Shown piece after piece: positions 46,801 to 55,091 of a stretch of DNA of 64,000 bases (positions within the stretch are counted from its first letter, which is position 1; each line of letters begins with the position of its first letter). A model generated the notes under the pieces. That model was not told the origin of the DNA and did not search any database. It saw only the letters and a list, made by a program, of their open reading frames with translations. The position numbers and the translations under genes are program-made. Where the stretch lies: IMG/VR virus record IMGVR_UViG_3300044641_009805, positions 186,001-250,000 of that record; one strand, written 5' to 3'.

Positions 46801-47416
46801 GTTGTGGAATGATGATGGTTCATGGAAACATTCCAAATTTAACAAGCGAGCTTTTGAAGGTCTCATCTCCATCAGAGCGTTTGACTCTCTTGACTGCGTA
46901 GGTGAAGGAAAAACATTTAACAGCTACAAACAGATGCATCACATCTTGATTGATAAAGGTGCCGATATCAAGAAAACTTCAAAGAAAAATCCTACTCTCG
47001 GTATGGAAAACTTTCGAAATCTTTTGATAGAAACAAATGACATGGATGAGTGGACTCGTGGGGAGTTGGTTGACAACAGCGTGAAATATCTTGGATCATT
47101 CAACTCTAACATTTTAGTTTCTCAAGAACTGATTGCAAAGCTAGAATCTAAAGGTGTCAAATCCATCGACCTCATCGAGCAAACTGACGTTTATTGGTTC
47201 ATTATTTCTGACGTAAAAGAAAAAAAGACGAAGAACGGAAAGCCATACTTGCTTCTGACGGCAATAGGCCTTGAAGGCCAAACCCGTCGGATCTTTTGTT
47301 GGGGATGGGATGGCCGAACTGAGTTGCCGAAGTACTCCACATGCATAGCAGAAATTACTGTCGATAATTACGGTAATAAAACTTTTATGAGCAAGGTTAA
47401 GGTAATCGATGAATAA
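43832..47416 (+). CDS. dnaE: DNA polymerase III alpha subunit (family C)
   Basis: PHP domain HAHS.FS..DG, TDHG, GCE, DSHY; GPGRGSAAGSLV, PDIDSD, RHAGG, KFDLLGL, FQEQ, YGFNASHA. No intein. Confidence 0.96.
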   Translation: MTRDNKTASPTRFVGLHAHSTFSQYDGLDYPQEHIDYVLENGMDAWSLTDHGNMNGFCHAFLHAEKMKKSGKNFKFIPGCEMYVHPDLTQWKKDLEASKVKPAKDESIITPITAVVDGDDETTDVGTDEAALTVENEDETKSGKYNDPVKRRHHLVVLPKTSVGLQRLFHLVSRGYMEGFYRFPRIDYSMLKEAAKGDHLMISTACLGGPLAFDAFEQLQKVPFEELKHQLLNDRSLLDRIIATMSNTYDKLVDAVGRDNVCLELQFNKLPAQHLVNRALIEFSKRNSLRDRVVVTCDSHYSRPENWKEREIYKKLGWLNYQNFDPSLLPKSKDDLKCELYPKNAKQVWESYLSTTEGMDFYDDEFVKDAIERTHDIVHNELGDIQPDKTMKLPSYVIPEGTTEDKALVVACKNGLKWRGLDSRQDYIDRIKYELGIIKGKKFSRYFLTMKAIMDIAREHMLIGPGRGSAAGSLVAYVLGITNLDPIEYDLSFERFLNPSRTGAPDIDSDISDRDLLIELLRKNLGERNVIPISNYNTFRLKSLIKDIARFYSIPFEEVNAALAPVEDDVKKEVFKPGTDKNLFVLTYEDAIKYSKSLQDFIAAHPEVAEPIEILFKQNRSLGRHAGGVIVSEDVAERMPLILARGEAQTPWVEGMNYKHLEEFGWIKFDLLGLETLRIIERCIGLILERREGVKNPDFKQIRAWFDKHMDPKNIDLNDQKVYEYVYHEGRFAGIFQLTQTGAQRLFTKAKPRSIIDIATLTSIYRPGPLAANVDKLYIDAKNNPDKIDYQHPLIKKVLESTYGCIIFQEQTMRLCSVVAGFPEAETDTIRRNIMKRSASKKDDAAADARKAKEEFVLGAVKNGVNEKVASELYDKILFFSGYGFNASHAVSYAIDSYYCAWLLTYYEEEWLCAYLESMSGNDEKRAKAFSEVKALGYKIVPIDVNYATKSWTILEGKRFMPSFLSCKGIGEAAIDEIVENRPYKSVEEMLWNDDGSWKHSKFNKRAFEGLISIRAFDSLDCVGEGKTFNSYKQMHHILIDKGADIKKTSKKNPTLGMENFRNLLIETNDMDEWTRGELVDNSVKYLGSFNSNILVSQELIAKLESKGVKSIDLIEQTDVYWFIISDVKEKKTKNGKPYLLLTAIGLEGQTRRIFCWGWDGRTELPKYSTCIAEITVDNYGNKTFMSKVKVIDE

Positions 47417-47942
47417 CATGCATACTGTCGTAATTTTTGAAGGATGTGATAAAGTTGGTAAGACTGAAATGGCTCGTGAGCTTTCGCGACGAATGGAGAT
47501 TCCATATTTCAAGAATAAATCAGAATGGAAAGCGTTTAGCTCAGATCCAGATTATTTCGTGAAGGCTCTTCGATACGGAGACCCTTACTTCTACACTTTT
47601 CTTCGAGACACCAAGACGTCTGTTATTCTTGATCGATCGTACCCTTCAGAGTGGGTGTATTCAAGAGTTTACGATAGAAAGACCGATCATGATGCTCTGT
47701 CTCATATTGATTTTCTTGCAGCTTCTTTTGGCGTTAAGATAGTCATTCCGTATAGGACTTCTTATTCTGGTCTAAAAGACGATATTCATAACATAGGCGA
47801 ATATCATCTACAAAAATTGTCAGACATGTATGAAGAATTTGCAAAGTGGACCAAATGTGACGTACTACGCTTTTGCATTGATTCTGAAAACCTAGAATGG
47901 GAAATGGAGACCATTCGTAAATTCTTGAAAAAGGAGGCATGA
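47409..47942 (+). CDS. Deoxynucleoside monophosphate kinase (Tmk-fold), candidate modified-dCMP kinase
   Basis: FEGCDKVGKT P-loop, LDRSYPSEWVY. This is the second dNMP kinase in the window. Confidence 0.75.
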   Translation: MNNMHTVVIFEGCDKVGKTEMARELSRRMEIPYFKNKSEWKAFSSDPDYFVKALRYGDPYFYTFLRDTKTSVILDRSYPSEWVYSRVYDRKTDHDALSHIDFLAASFGVKIVIPYRTSYSGLKDDIHNIGEYHLQKLSDMYEEFAKWTKCDVLRFCIDSENLEWEMETIRKFLKKEA

Positions 47943-48967
47943 TGCGCATCGGAATTAGTTATTGGGGTTTTTGTGAGCCTTTTGGAGCATCAGGAGAAGC
48001 AAAAACGCCTGATGGTCATCGGTATGGTCGTCCTATTTTTGTGAACGCAGCTGTCGCATCAGGACATCAGATTTATGCGTTACAAAAGCGTAGAGAAGTT
48101 GTGCCATATAAAAACATCAATTATGATGAGGGATTTCCTGACATAGATGTTTTATTTGTTGAGTGGCGATGGCCAACTTATAAAAATTCAGGAGAAAATC
48201 CTGCCGAACCTGATCTGCTCAGGCAAAATGAGCTTCTTCGGCACTATCACGGAAAGATTCCTGTCGTTATTTGGGATTGTGATTATAAGGTGACACCAGA
48301 AGATGAGCTAGCATGGCCTAAAGCTATAATTGCAGATCCCGCATTTGAACCAAGATATTTGACCAGAAAAAGAGAAAGATTGATGTTTTGGACAGATTGG
48401 CAATTTTTGCTGCAACCGTCCAACGTGTCTTTTGAATATGGCTATGTGGGAAACAATTATGAAAGACCAGAAGCATTTTATCAGTACTATTCCTCACCAT
48501 CAAGAGAGCTAAGAAATCTGGGAATACAGACGACGGTTCATGGTAATTGGTTAGAAGTTTCTCCTGAGAGAGAACATCCTACATCATTGATAAAACAGCA
48601 TCCCTTCGTTTCATTCGCTCAACGCTTGAATTTTCATGATTCAATGAAAAGGTTGAATTCTTTTATCTGCGCAACACACATAACCAAGCCAGAATACGCC
48701 AAACGTGGGTTTGCGTCTCCTCGTTACTTAGAAAATATGGCTGTGGGCACGCCTGCTTTGGTCCCATCAGAGTTTTTGATCCCAAACTTATTAGGAAGTG
48801 AGTGGACAGTATCGACGTCAGAACAAGTAATTGCTCAAGTTAAATACATCAGCAAACTTTCTTATGAATTCAGGGTTTCTTTAGTCAAAGAACAAATGAC
48901 GATTTTGAAAAATAAGAATGTATTTTCTGTAAGCGACGTAATAGATTTCTTGGAGACACTCGTATGA
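47939..48967 (+). CDS. GT-B glycosyltransferase, T4 beta-glucosyltransferase-like
   Basis: YGYVGNNYER and HITKPEYAKRGFASPRYLENMAVGTPALVPSEF parallel, as I recall them, the T4 BGT segments VIYGGSFR and IIGDKNYNDNFITLRVWETMASDAVMLIDEEF. Confidence 0.7.
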   Translation: MMRIGISYWGFCEPFGASGEAKTPDGHRYGRPIFVNAAVASGHQIYALQKRREVVPYKNINYDEGFPDIDVLFVEWRWPTYKNSGENPAEPDLLRQNELLRHYHGKIPVVIWDCDYKVTPEDELAWPKAIIADPAFEPRYLTRKRERLMFWTDWQFLLQPSNVSFEYGYVGNNYERPEAFYQYYSSPSRELRNLGIQTTVHGNWLEVSPEREHPTSLIKQHPFVSFAQRLNFHDSMKRLNSFICATHITKPEYAKRGFASPRYLENMAVGTPALVPSEFLIPNLLGSEWTVSTSEQVIAQVKYISKLSYEFRVSLVKEQMTILKNKNVFSVSDVIDFLETLV

Positions 48968-49965
48968 TGAAAAAAGATAAGGTTCTAATCACAGGCGTAG
49001 CTGGACTTCTTGGGGCAAATTTTTCTAGATATCTGTTGTCCAGAGGTTATGATGTCGTTGGGATTGATGATTTAAGCGGCGGATATCTAGATTCTGTTCC
49101 AAAAGAAATGACATTCTACGACGTAGACTTGGTAGATCGTCATAAAACAGAAGAGGTATTTGCAAAAGAAAAACCTGATTATGTTTTCCATTTTGCTGCG
49201 TACGCAGCAGAAGGATTGAGTCCTTTCATTAGAAATTACAACTACACAAACAACGTGTTAGCTTCCGCTAATGTAATTAATGCTTGTGTAAATCATGATA
49301 TCAAAAAGATTGTTTTTACCTCATCGATGGCGGTATATGGAGTAGGCAATCCACCCTTTACAGAAGATCAGCTACCAACCCCAGAGGATCCTTACGGTAT
49401 TGCGAAATATGCAGTAGAGATGGATCTCAAACTTGCACATGAAATGTTTGGACTAAGATACAGCATTGTTCGCCCGCACAACGTTGTTGGCATTTATCAA
49501 AATATTTGGGATAGGTATCGAAACGTTATAGGCATTTGGATTCGTAAAGCTCTTGTTGGAGAACCGCTGACTATCTTTGGAGACGGTACACAAAAACGTG
49601 CTTTTTCAGACATCAAGTTCTATATGGCTCCTTTTGAAAAGCTTATGACGTCTTTTGACGGTGAAACTTTCAACATAGGAGCTGATAAAGATTTCACAAT
49701 TAACGAAGCTTGCGATCTCGTGATGGACGTTGCAGCTGAGCTTGGAGTTAAAGCGACCAAGGTTCATTTAGAAAAACGCAATGAAGTGCACACTGCATAC
49801 TGCGATCACAGTAAAGCTCATAAGCTGTTAGGGTTTAAAGATGAAACTAATCTTAGAGATATGATTAAAGAAATGTTTGTCTGGGCTATGAAGCAGCCTG
49901 ATAGACAAATAAAGAACATGGATTATGAGATTGAAAAGAACATGTACTCTTTTTGGAAGAAATGA
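48964..49965 (+). CDS. NAD-dependent NDP-sugar epimerase/dehydratase (SDR)
   Basis: GVAGLLG, FTSSMAVYG, YGIAK, RPHNVVG, RAFS. Confidence 0.9.
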   Translation: MMKKDKVLITGVAGLLGANFSRYLLSRGYDVVGIDDLSGGYLDSVPKEMTFYDVDLVDRHKTEEVFAKEKPDYVFHFAAYAAEGLSPFIRNYNYTNNVLASANVINACVNHDIKKIVFTSSMAVYGVGNPPFTEDQLPTPEDPYGIAKYAVEMDLKLAHEMFGLRYSIVRPHNVVGIYQNIWDRYRNVIGIWIRKALVGEPLTIFGDGTQKRAFSDIKFYMAPFEKLMTSFDGETFNIGADKDFTINEACDLVMDVAAELGVKATKVHLEKRNEVHTAYCDHSKAHKLLGFKDETNLRDMIKEMFVWAMKQPDRQIKNMDYEIEKNMYSFWKK

Positions 49966-50750
49966 TTATGACTTTTCCTGAAAAATTAGCTGATAGAGAA
50001 AAATACATTTTTGATCAAGTTTTAGCTGGCAATTTTGATGCAGAATGGGTTCCTCTCGAATTTTCTTCAGGAGGAAGAACCATTAAATTCAATGTGATGA
50101 ATGATGCATTGAAAATTGACGGCATAAGAGTTAATGTATCTGCAGAACTTCAGCAAAAGTTAGCAGATGTATTTAATGCGTCTTTATTGACAACACATAT
50201 CGCTGACTTAATGTTTATCAATGCCACGCACCGAGTAGAGCCCTGTCCTATGACGATATCTTCGACAGTCGATTCTATGATTAAACACAGCAAAATGGTC
50301 GATGGAAAAGTTGGGTTTAATGTGACAGGATTAGTAGCTTCTCCTGGAAAGCATTGGATTTTAGATAAGAAACTAGACTTAAATCCTAGAAGAGCTTGTA
50401 ACTATGGGTGGCATTTCGTTGGTACGAACTACAAGGGTATAAAAGGTCACCCAACTGGATCTAAGCAGAACAAGCTAAATGGATCGACGATGTCAGTGAT
50501 CCAGCCGAATGCAACTGCCCATGATATGAAACATTCTGATTATTCTCAAATTTGTCAGCTTGTTTCTCAAGCTTGTTGGATCGACGGTGTCATACACCGT
50601 TTATCTGACGTTCTGCAAGATCCAACGAATTGTGATCTTGCTACCGCTAATGGTCCTTTAAGTTTTGTTAGACAACCTGGTACGTCTCCTTTTGTCGGAA
50701 CTTCTGTTATGTTTCCTGTAAAAATTACTTCGCAAGGAGGAATTGTATGA
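49962..50750 (+). CDS. Conserved hypothetical protein
   Basis: QQKLAD..ASLLT, GLVA..GKHW, NYGWH, IQP.ATAH..HSDYSQ. I recall similar motifs in bacterial hypothetical proteins; function unknown. Confidence 0.7.
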   Translation: MIMTFPEKLADREKYIFDQVLAGNFDAEWVPLEFSSGGRTIKFNVMNDALKIDGIRVNVSAELQQKLADVFNASLLTTHIADLMFINATHRVEPCPMTISSTVDSMIKHSKMVDGKVGFNVTGLVASPGKHWILDKKLDLNPRRACNYGWHFVGTNYKGIKGHPTGSKQNKLNGSTMSVIQPNATAHDMKHSDYSQICQLVSQACWIDGVIHRLSDVLQDPTNCDLATANGPLSFVRQPGTSPFVGTSVMFPVKITSQGGIV

Positions 50751-50935
50751 CGTATGAATACGAATGCAAAGCTTGCAATCATCAGTTTGAAGCGGAACAA
50801 TCAATCAAAGATCCACCATTAACAAACTGCCCTCGTTGTAAGACTGACTTTTTAAGAAGGCTTATAAGCAAATCAACATTTGTTTTGAAGGGCTCTGGGT
50901 GGGCTGCTGATAACTATTCTTCAAAATCTTCTTAG
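50747..50935 (+). CDS. FmdB-family zinc ribbon protein
   Basis: MTYEYECKACNHQFE..QSIKDPPLTNCPRC...RLIS...F.LKGSGW..DNY. Confidence 0.9.
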   Translation: MTYEYECKACNHQFEAEQSIKDPPLTNCPRCKTDFLRRLISKSTFVLKGSGWAADNYSSKSS

Positions 50936-51660
50936 TAAGTAGGTAGCGTGTGTTGTCTCAGCGGACAATCACTTTTGTTGCGAGATGATCTAGAAGCAGG
51001 ATGCCCAGGTTTCAAGAGGTTGTGTAAGTCTTCTCCTTCTTTGCTAGCAAAGACTGATTTGACTTCGCCTGTTTCACTATTAAAGATAATAGTATACCCG
51101 CCTCTGGACATATCTAGAGGCTTTTTTATAGTGTTCATATAATCGAACCTACCTGCTTTACTCATCTCCCTATCAAACCAAGCTTCAAGCACAAAGTTAG
51201 AGACAGAAACGGGCGTGCCATTGACATCAATCTCATACGAGTCTCCTTGAACGGGGTCGCACAATTCCAATGCTACGAAAGTATGATCTCCTCTATTCGA
51301 CCAAAGATTGACGTAGGGATTGTAGAATGTTTCAAGTATTTCGTGAGATAGGACGACCGAAACAGCGTGAGTTCCCTTCAACGTAGTTCCGCCATGCTTC
51401 AATAACGGGTCCGTAAAAACTCTACACCAAACTCTTCCGTCAGGATCTTGCGTATGGTATCCAAGAGCACCAGCAACATCTGGAGAGTTAATAAGAACAA
51501 CGGGGAATCCATCATTACCACCTACCTTTATCTCCCATGGCATCCTTTCCAGGAGCGGGGCTGCTTGTTGCGTTAACTGTATTTTGCAGGCTTCAACCAT
51601 GAGGTTCAAATCTGCTTCGGAAACGTTGGTCGATTTATTGATGACATTAAACGTTCTCAT
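50932..51660 (-). CDS. Hypothetical protein with HExxE motif (zincin-like?)
   Basis: ALGYH, SHEILETFYNP, ELCDPVQ. ATATTTA lies 5 nt upstream on the minus strand. Confidence 0.7.
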   Translation of the reverse strand: MRTFNVINKSTNVSEADLNLMVEACKIQLTQQAAPLLERMPWEIKVGGNDGFPVVLINSPDVAGALGYHTQDPDGRVWCRVFTDPLLKHGGTTLKGTHAVSVVLSHEILETFYNPYVNLWSNRGDHTFVALELCDPVQGDSYEIDVNGTPVSVSNFVLEAWFDREMSKAGRFDYMNTIKKPLDMSRGGYTIIFNSETGEVKSVFASKEGEDLHNLLKPGHPASRSSRNKSDCPLRQHTLPTY

Positions 51661-51712
51661 AATTGTAAATATGAAACAAGCTTGTTTATAATTTAAAAAG
51701 GTGTATAATCAT

Positions 51713-52681
51713 ATGAGAATTTTATTGACGGGTGGTGCGGGCTTCATAGGCAGTAACGTCGCAAAAAGGTTGTTGGCAGAAAATATAGAGTTTGACATCG
51801 TTGACGATCTATCGAACGGTCACATGTCGTTTGTTGATCCTTCGCTGCTGGATCGTAACATTACGATTGCCAGCTTCGACTCCGAAACAATCTTAGCAAA
51901 GATAAGGTCTGGATTGTACGATGTTGTTATACACTTGGCGGCCGTCCCGCGTGTGAGTTATTCCGTCGATTTTCCCCTTGAGTCTCACAACGCAAACGTG
52001 ACAGCAACAATGAAATTGATTGATGCTTGTCGAGGAAAGATTAAACGTTTTGTCTTTGCATCCTCGTCCTCTGTTTATGGAGGTGCTGACCAGCTACCAA
52101 CTCCTCCTGATACCGCAAAGAATCCTAAATCACCTTACGCTTTGCAAAAATCTATAATTGAAGATTATTTGAAGATGTATTACGATCTTTATGGGTTCGA
52201 TTCAGTCAGCCTAAGGTTCTTTAACGTCTTTGGTCCAAATCAATTAGGAAATTCTCCTTATTCCACAGCGGTTTCTGCGTGGGTTAATGCAATTATGAAG
52301 GGGACTTCGATGCGTTCTGACGGAGACGGAACGCAATCTCGCGACATGTGTTATGTTGATAATGTTGCCGATGCATGCGTAAGAGCAGCAAAGGCAAATT
52401 TCCCATTAAAGTCTGAAACTTTAAATGTGGCTTGTGGCGACAGGACAACAAATAGAGAAATTTTGCAATTTTTGTTGAAAAAATTTCCTGATGCGAAATA
52501 CCATGATGCTCCTTGGAGACCTGGCGATGTCATGCACACTCAAGCTGATATTTCTAGGACAAAAGAAGTTTTAGGTTACACTCCCCTGGTGTATTTTTGG
52601 GAAGGATTGGAAAAAACAATCCAGTGGTATCAGGACAATTGGGAACTAATTAAAACGTTGAGTGATAAAGAGAATATATGA
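51713..52681 (+). CDS. NAD-dependent NDP-sugar 4-epimerase (GalE/WbpP-like)
   Basis: GGAGFIG, HLAAVPRV, ASSSSVYG, YALQK, LRFFNVFGPNQ, SRDMCYVDNV. Confidence 0.9.
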   Translation: MRILLTGGAGFIGSNVAKRLLAENIEFDIVDDLSNGHMSFVDPSLLDRNITIASFDSETILAKIRSGLYDVVIHLAAVPRVSYSVDFPLESHNANVTATMKLIDACRGKIKRFVFASSSSVYGGADQLPTPPDTAKNPKSPYALQKSIIEDYLKMYYDLYGFDSVSLRFFNVFGPNQLGNSPYSTAVSAWVNAIMKGTSMRSDGDGTQSRDMCYVDNVADACVRAAKANFPLKSETLNVACGDRTTNREILQFLLKKFPDAKYHDAPWRPGDVMHTQADISRTKEVLGYTPLVYFWEGLEKTIQWYQDNWELIKTLSDKENI

Positions 52682-53676
52682 AAGTTTTTTCTAGCTTCAC
52701 TGAAGCCTACTATGATCTGCTTCTAGACGTCTACAAGCATCCTGACTTTGTTTCTTCTCCTCGAGGGCAGAAGATCAGAGAAAAGTTGGGCGTATCATTC
52801 AGGATTTCTAATCCTCTTGATAGATTACCGTATGTAGAGCAAAGAGACTTTAGCTTATCATATTTTGTTGCAGAGTCTTTGTGGTATCTTTCTGGAAACG
52901 ATTCCACTGAATGGATATCGAATTATTCTTCTTTTTGGAAGAACATTTCTGATGATGGCACTACAGCTAACAGCGCTTACGGCGCCAGGATTTTTAATCC
53001 TCATTCAAGAATTGCTGGTCAAATCGATCCTTCTTGGACACAATGGGATTACATCTTGAATGAACTGACGACAGATCCAGATTCTCGCCGAGCCGTCGTT
53101 CATATTAGATCTCCTCAGGATTCTATCCTAGCCTCAAAGGACGTTCCTTGCACTTTGTCTTTGCAGTTTTTTTTGCGTAACGATCAGGTTCACATGATAG
53201 TCTCTATGAGATCATCTGATCTCATCTTAGGAATTGCGTATGATGTTCCTGCATTCACGTTGTTTCAAGAGTTGTTGGCTAATCAATTATCGGATAGGCT
53301 GAACAGGTCTATAAGCGTTGGTGAGTATACTCACGTAAGCAATTCTTTGCATATTTATGAAAAGCATTTTGGAATGGTAGAAGAAATTCTAAAAAAACGA
53401 GAGTTTTTTAGTTTAGAAATGCCGAAGCTACCAAAGGGTAAACTACCTTTAGAATATATTTTGGAGCAAGAATCCAAGTGCAGAAATTGTCAGACTATTG
53501 ATGAATTAAAACAGTTGGCTTCTAATCTCAATGCTGGTTCTGAATATTGGAATGATTGGTGCAAGATTTTAATTTCGCATAGAGCAAATAAGTTAAAAGG
53601 TGTTGATTCTGAAAACTTTAAGTTAGTCCTCTTGAAATCAACGGAATTTAACGGCTATAAATTTTTTAACAAATAA
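52678..53676 (+). CDS. Thymidylate-synthase-fold pyrimidine modifier, probable dCMP hydroxymethylase
   Basis: AESLWYLSG, SRRAV, catalytic PCT, MRSSD. GIAYD has Asp (53242-44) at the position where dUMP-specific ThyA has Asn and T4 gp42 has Asp. Confidence 0.75.
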   Translation: MKVFSSFTEAYYDLLLDVYKHPDFVSSPRGQKIREKLGVSFRISNPLDRLPYVEQRDFSLSYFVAESLWYLSGNDSTEWISNYSSFWKNISDDGTTANSAYGARIFNPHSRIAGQIDPSWTQWDYILNELTTDPDSRRAVVHIRSPQDSILASKDVPCTLSLQFFLRNDQVHMIVSMRSSDLILGIAYDVPAFTLFQELLANQLSDRLNRSISVGEYTHVSNSLHIYEKHFGMVEEILKKREFFSLEMPKLPKGKLPLEYILEQESKCRNCQTIDELKQLASNLNAGSEYWNDWCKILISHRANKLKGVDSENFKLVLLKSTEFNGYKFFNK

Positions 53677-53682
53677 GGTGTT

Positions 53683-54246
53683 ATGTCAAATCCTCAATTC
53701 ATACTCTATACGGGTCCAATGTTTTCTAGCAAAACAACCGGACTGCTGTCTTCAATAGATCGTTTTAAATACCAAAACAAACGAGTAGCTGTGTTTAAGC
53801 CGCGCTTAGATGATAGATACAGTGAAGAGTATATTTGTACTCATAGCGGGTGGAAAGTACCTGCCATTTGCATAAAAGAAGGAACCGACATACTTGAAAA
53901 ATTGTCAGAGATGAATGAAAATCCTCATGTCGTGGCTGTTGATGAAGCATTCATGATACCAGGTATTTCGAAAGTTTTAGTCTGGCTTTATAGAAGTGGA
54001 TATTCGATAGTGGTATCGTCATTAGATCTATCAGCCAGCGGAAAACCGTTCAATGAAATTGAAAAAATGCTGCCTTGGGCAACCCAGGTGGAAAAACGGA
54101 CGGCGGTCTGTACAGTCTGCAGCAAAGATGCTCATTACACATACAAAAAGCAGATTGGAGGAAATGAAATAGAGGTCGGCGGAGCTGAACTTTATGAACC
54201 AAGATGTTTAAAGTGTCATCCAGTAATATTTGATCCGGCTAGCTGA
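53683..54246 (+). CDS. tdk: Thymidine kinase
   Basis: GPMFSSKT, FKPRLDDRY, VDEA, C..C, IEVGG.ELYEPRC..C. Confidence 0.92.
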   Translation: MSNPQFILYTGPMFSSKTTGLLSSIDRFKYQNKRVAVFKPRLDDRYSEEYICTHSGWKVPAICIKEGTDILEKLSEMNENPHVVAVDEAFMIPGISKVLVWLYRSGYSIVVSSLDLSASGKPFNEIEKMLPWATQVEKRTAVCTVCSKDAHYTYKKQIGGNEIEVGGAELYEPRCLKCHPVIFDPAS

Positions 54247-54247
54247 A

Positions 54248-54688
54248 ATGATTGATAGGAAAAAATTAAAGCTTTCTGTTTTCATGCAAATGTGCAGGGA
54301 CCTGTCTGTTCTTTCATATGATCCGAAATACAAGGTAGCTTCAATTATTATCACTCCAGACTTTAGAGAAGTTTGTGCTATCGGGTATAACGGAGGATAC
54401 AAAGGCGGGCCTAACGAGAGAAGTTCTTTAGACCACGGTAACTCAGGATTTCTCCATGCCGAAGAAAATGCTCTTTTTCATCTTTGCAAGCCTTATGAAC
54501 TTCGATCTGGACTAATCATGCTATGTACTCATAAGCCTTGCTCAATGTGTGCCCGTCGCATCGTGAATAGTGGAATTCAAAATGTTGTCTATGAAGTCGA
54601 TTATTTAGATAAAGAGTCTGCTACAGATGAGATATTCAAGAATAGCAATACTTCTTGTAAAAAGTATGAAGATATAATTTCTTTATAA
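54248..54688 (+). CDS. dCMP deaminase
   Basis: KVASII, GYNG, HAEENAL, PCSMC. Confidence 0.9.
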   Translation: MIDRKKLKLSVFMQMCRDLSVLSYDPKYKVASIIITPDFREVCAIGYNGGYKGGPNERSSLDHGNSGFLHAEENALFHLCKPYELRSGLIMLCTHKPCSMCARRIVNSGIQNVVYEVDYLDKESATDEIFKNSNTSCKKYEDIISL

Positions 54689-54742
54689 ATTCCGAACGTG
54701 GACTAAACGGCATGATAATTACTATGTAGTTTGGGTAGATTC

Positions 54743-55087
54743 ATGAAAAAATTAACAGAAAAAGAAGTAGTAAGACTTTTACGAGAAGAGTGGAATAAAA
54801 AAATAGAGTCTTTCCTCCCTGAAAAAGACAAATTAGAAAAGAAAGACAAGAAAAAAGCTGACACTGATTTGTCTGTAGAATTTCCACTCAAAGGAGAAAA
54901 AGAGATTGTTATATCTCCTGAATTCAAGGTGAAAAGTAAAAAAGGAACGGGGCAGGGTCTTTTGTACACTGTTTCAAACGTGAATCCAACCAGCAAAACC
55001 ATCACTTTAACTCACCAAAAAGAAGATGGCGTGGCAGAAACAACGGTAACTTTTGATGAATTTGTAAAAGAATTCGAGAGGCAGTAA
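54743..55087 (+). CDS. Hypothetical protein with N-terminal helix tag
   Basis: MKKLTEKEVVRLLREE start; ATAATTA at 54715. Confidence 0.7.
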   Translation: MKKLTEKEVVRLLREEWNKKIESFLPEKDKLEKKDKKKADTDLSVEFPLKGEKEIVISPEFKVKSKKGTGQGLLYTVSNVNPTSKTITLTHQKEDGVAETTVTFDEFVKEFERQ

Positions 55088-55091
55088 TCAA

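Noticed and set aside
43832-47416. Intein or split in dnaE
   Set aside because: The ORF is continuous with no Hint motifs. The acidic insertion in the PHP domain has no intein signatures.
52678-53676. Annotation as ordinary thymidylate synthase ThyA
   Set aside because: It has Asp rather than Asn at the specificity position, ThyX is already present, and its neighbours are a glycosyltransferase and epimerases.
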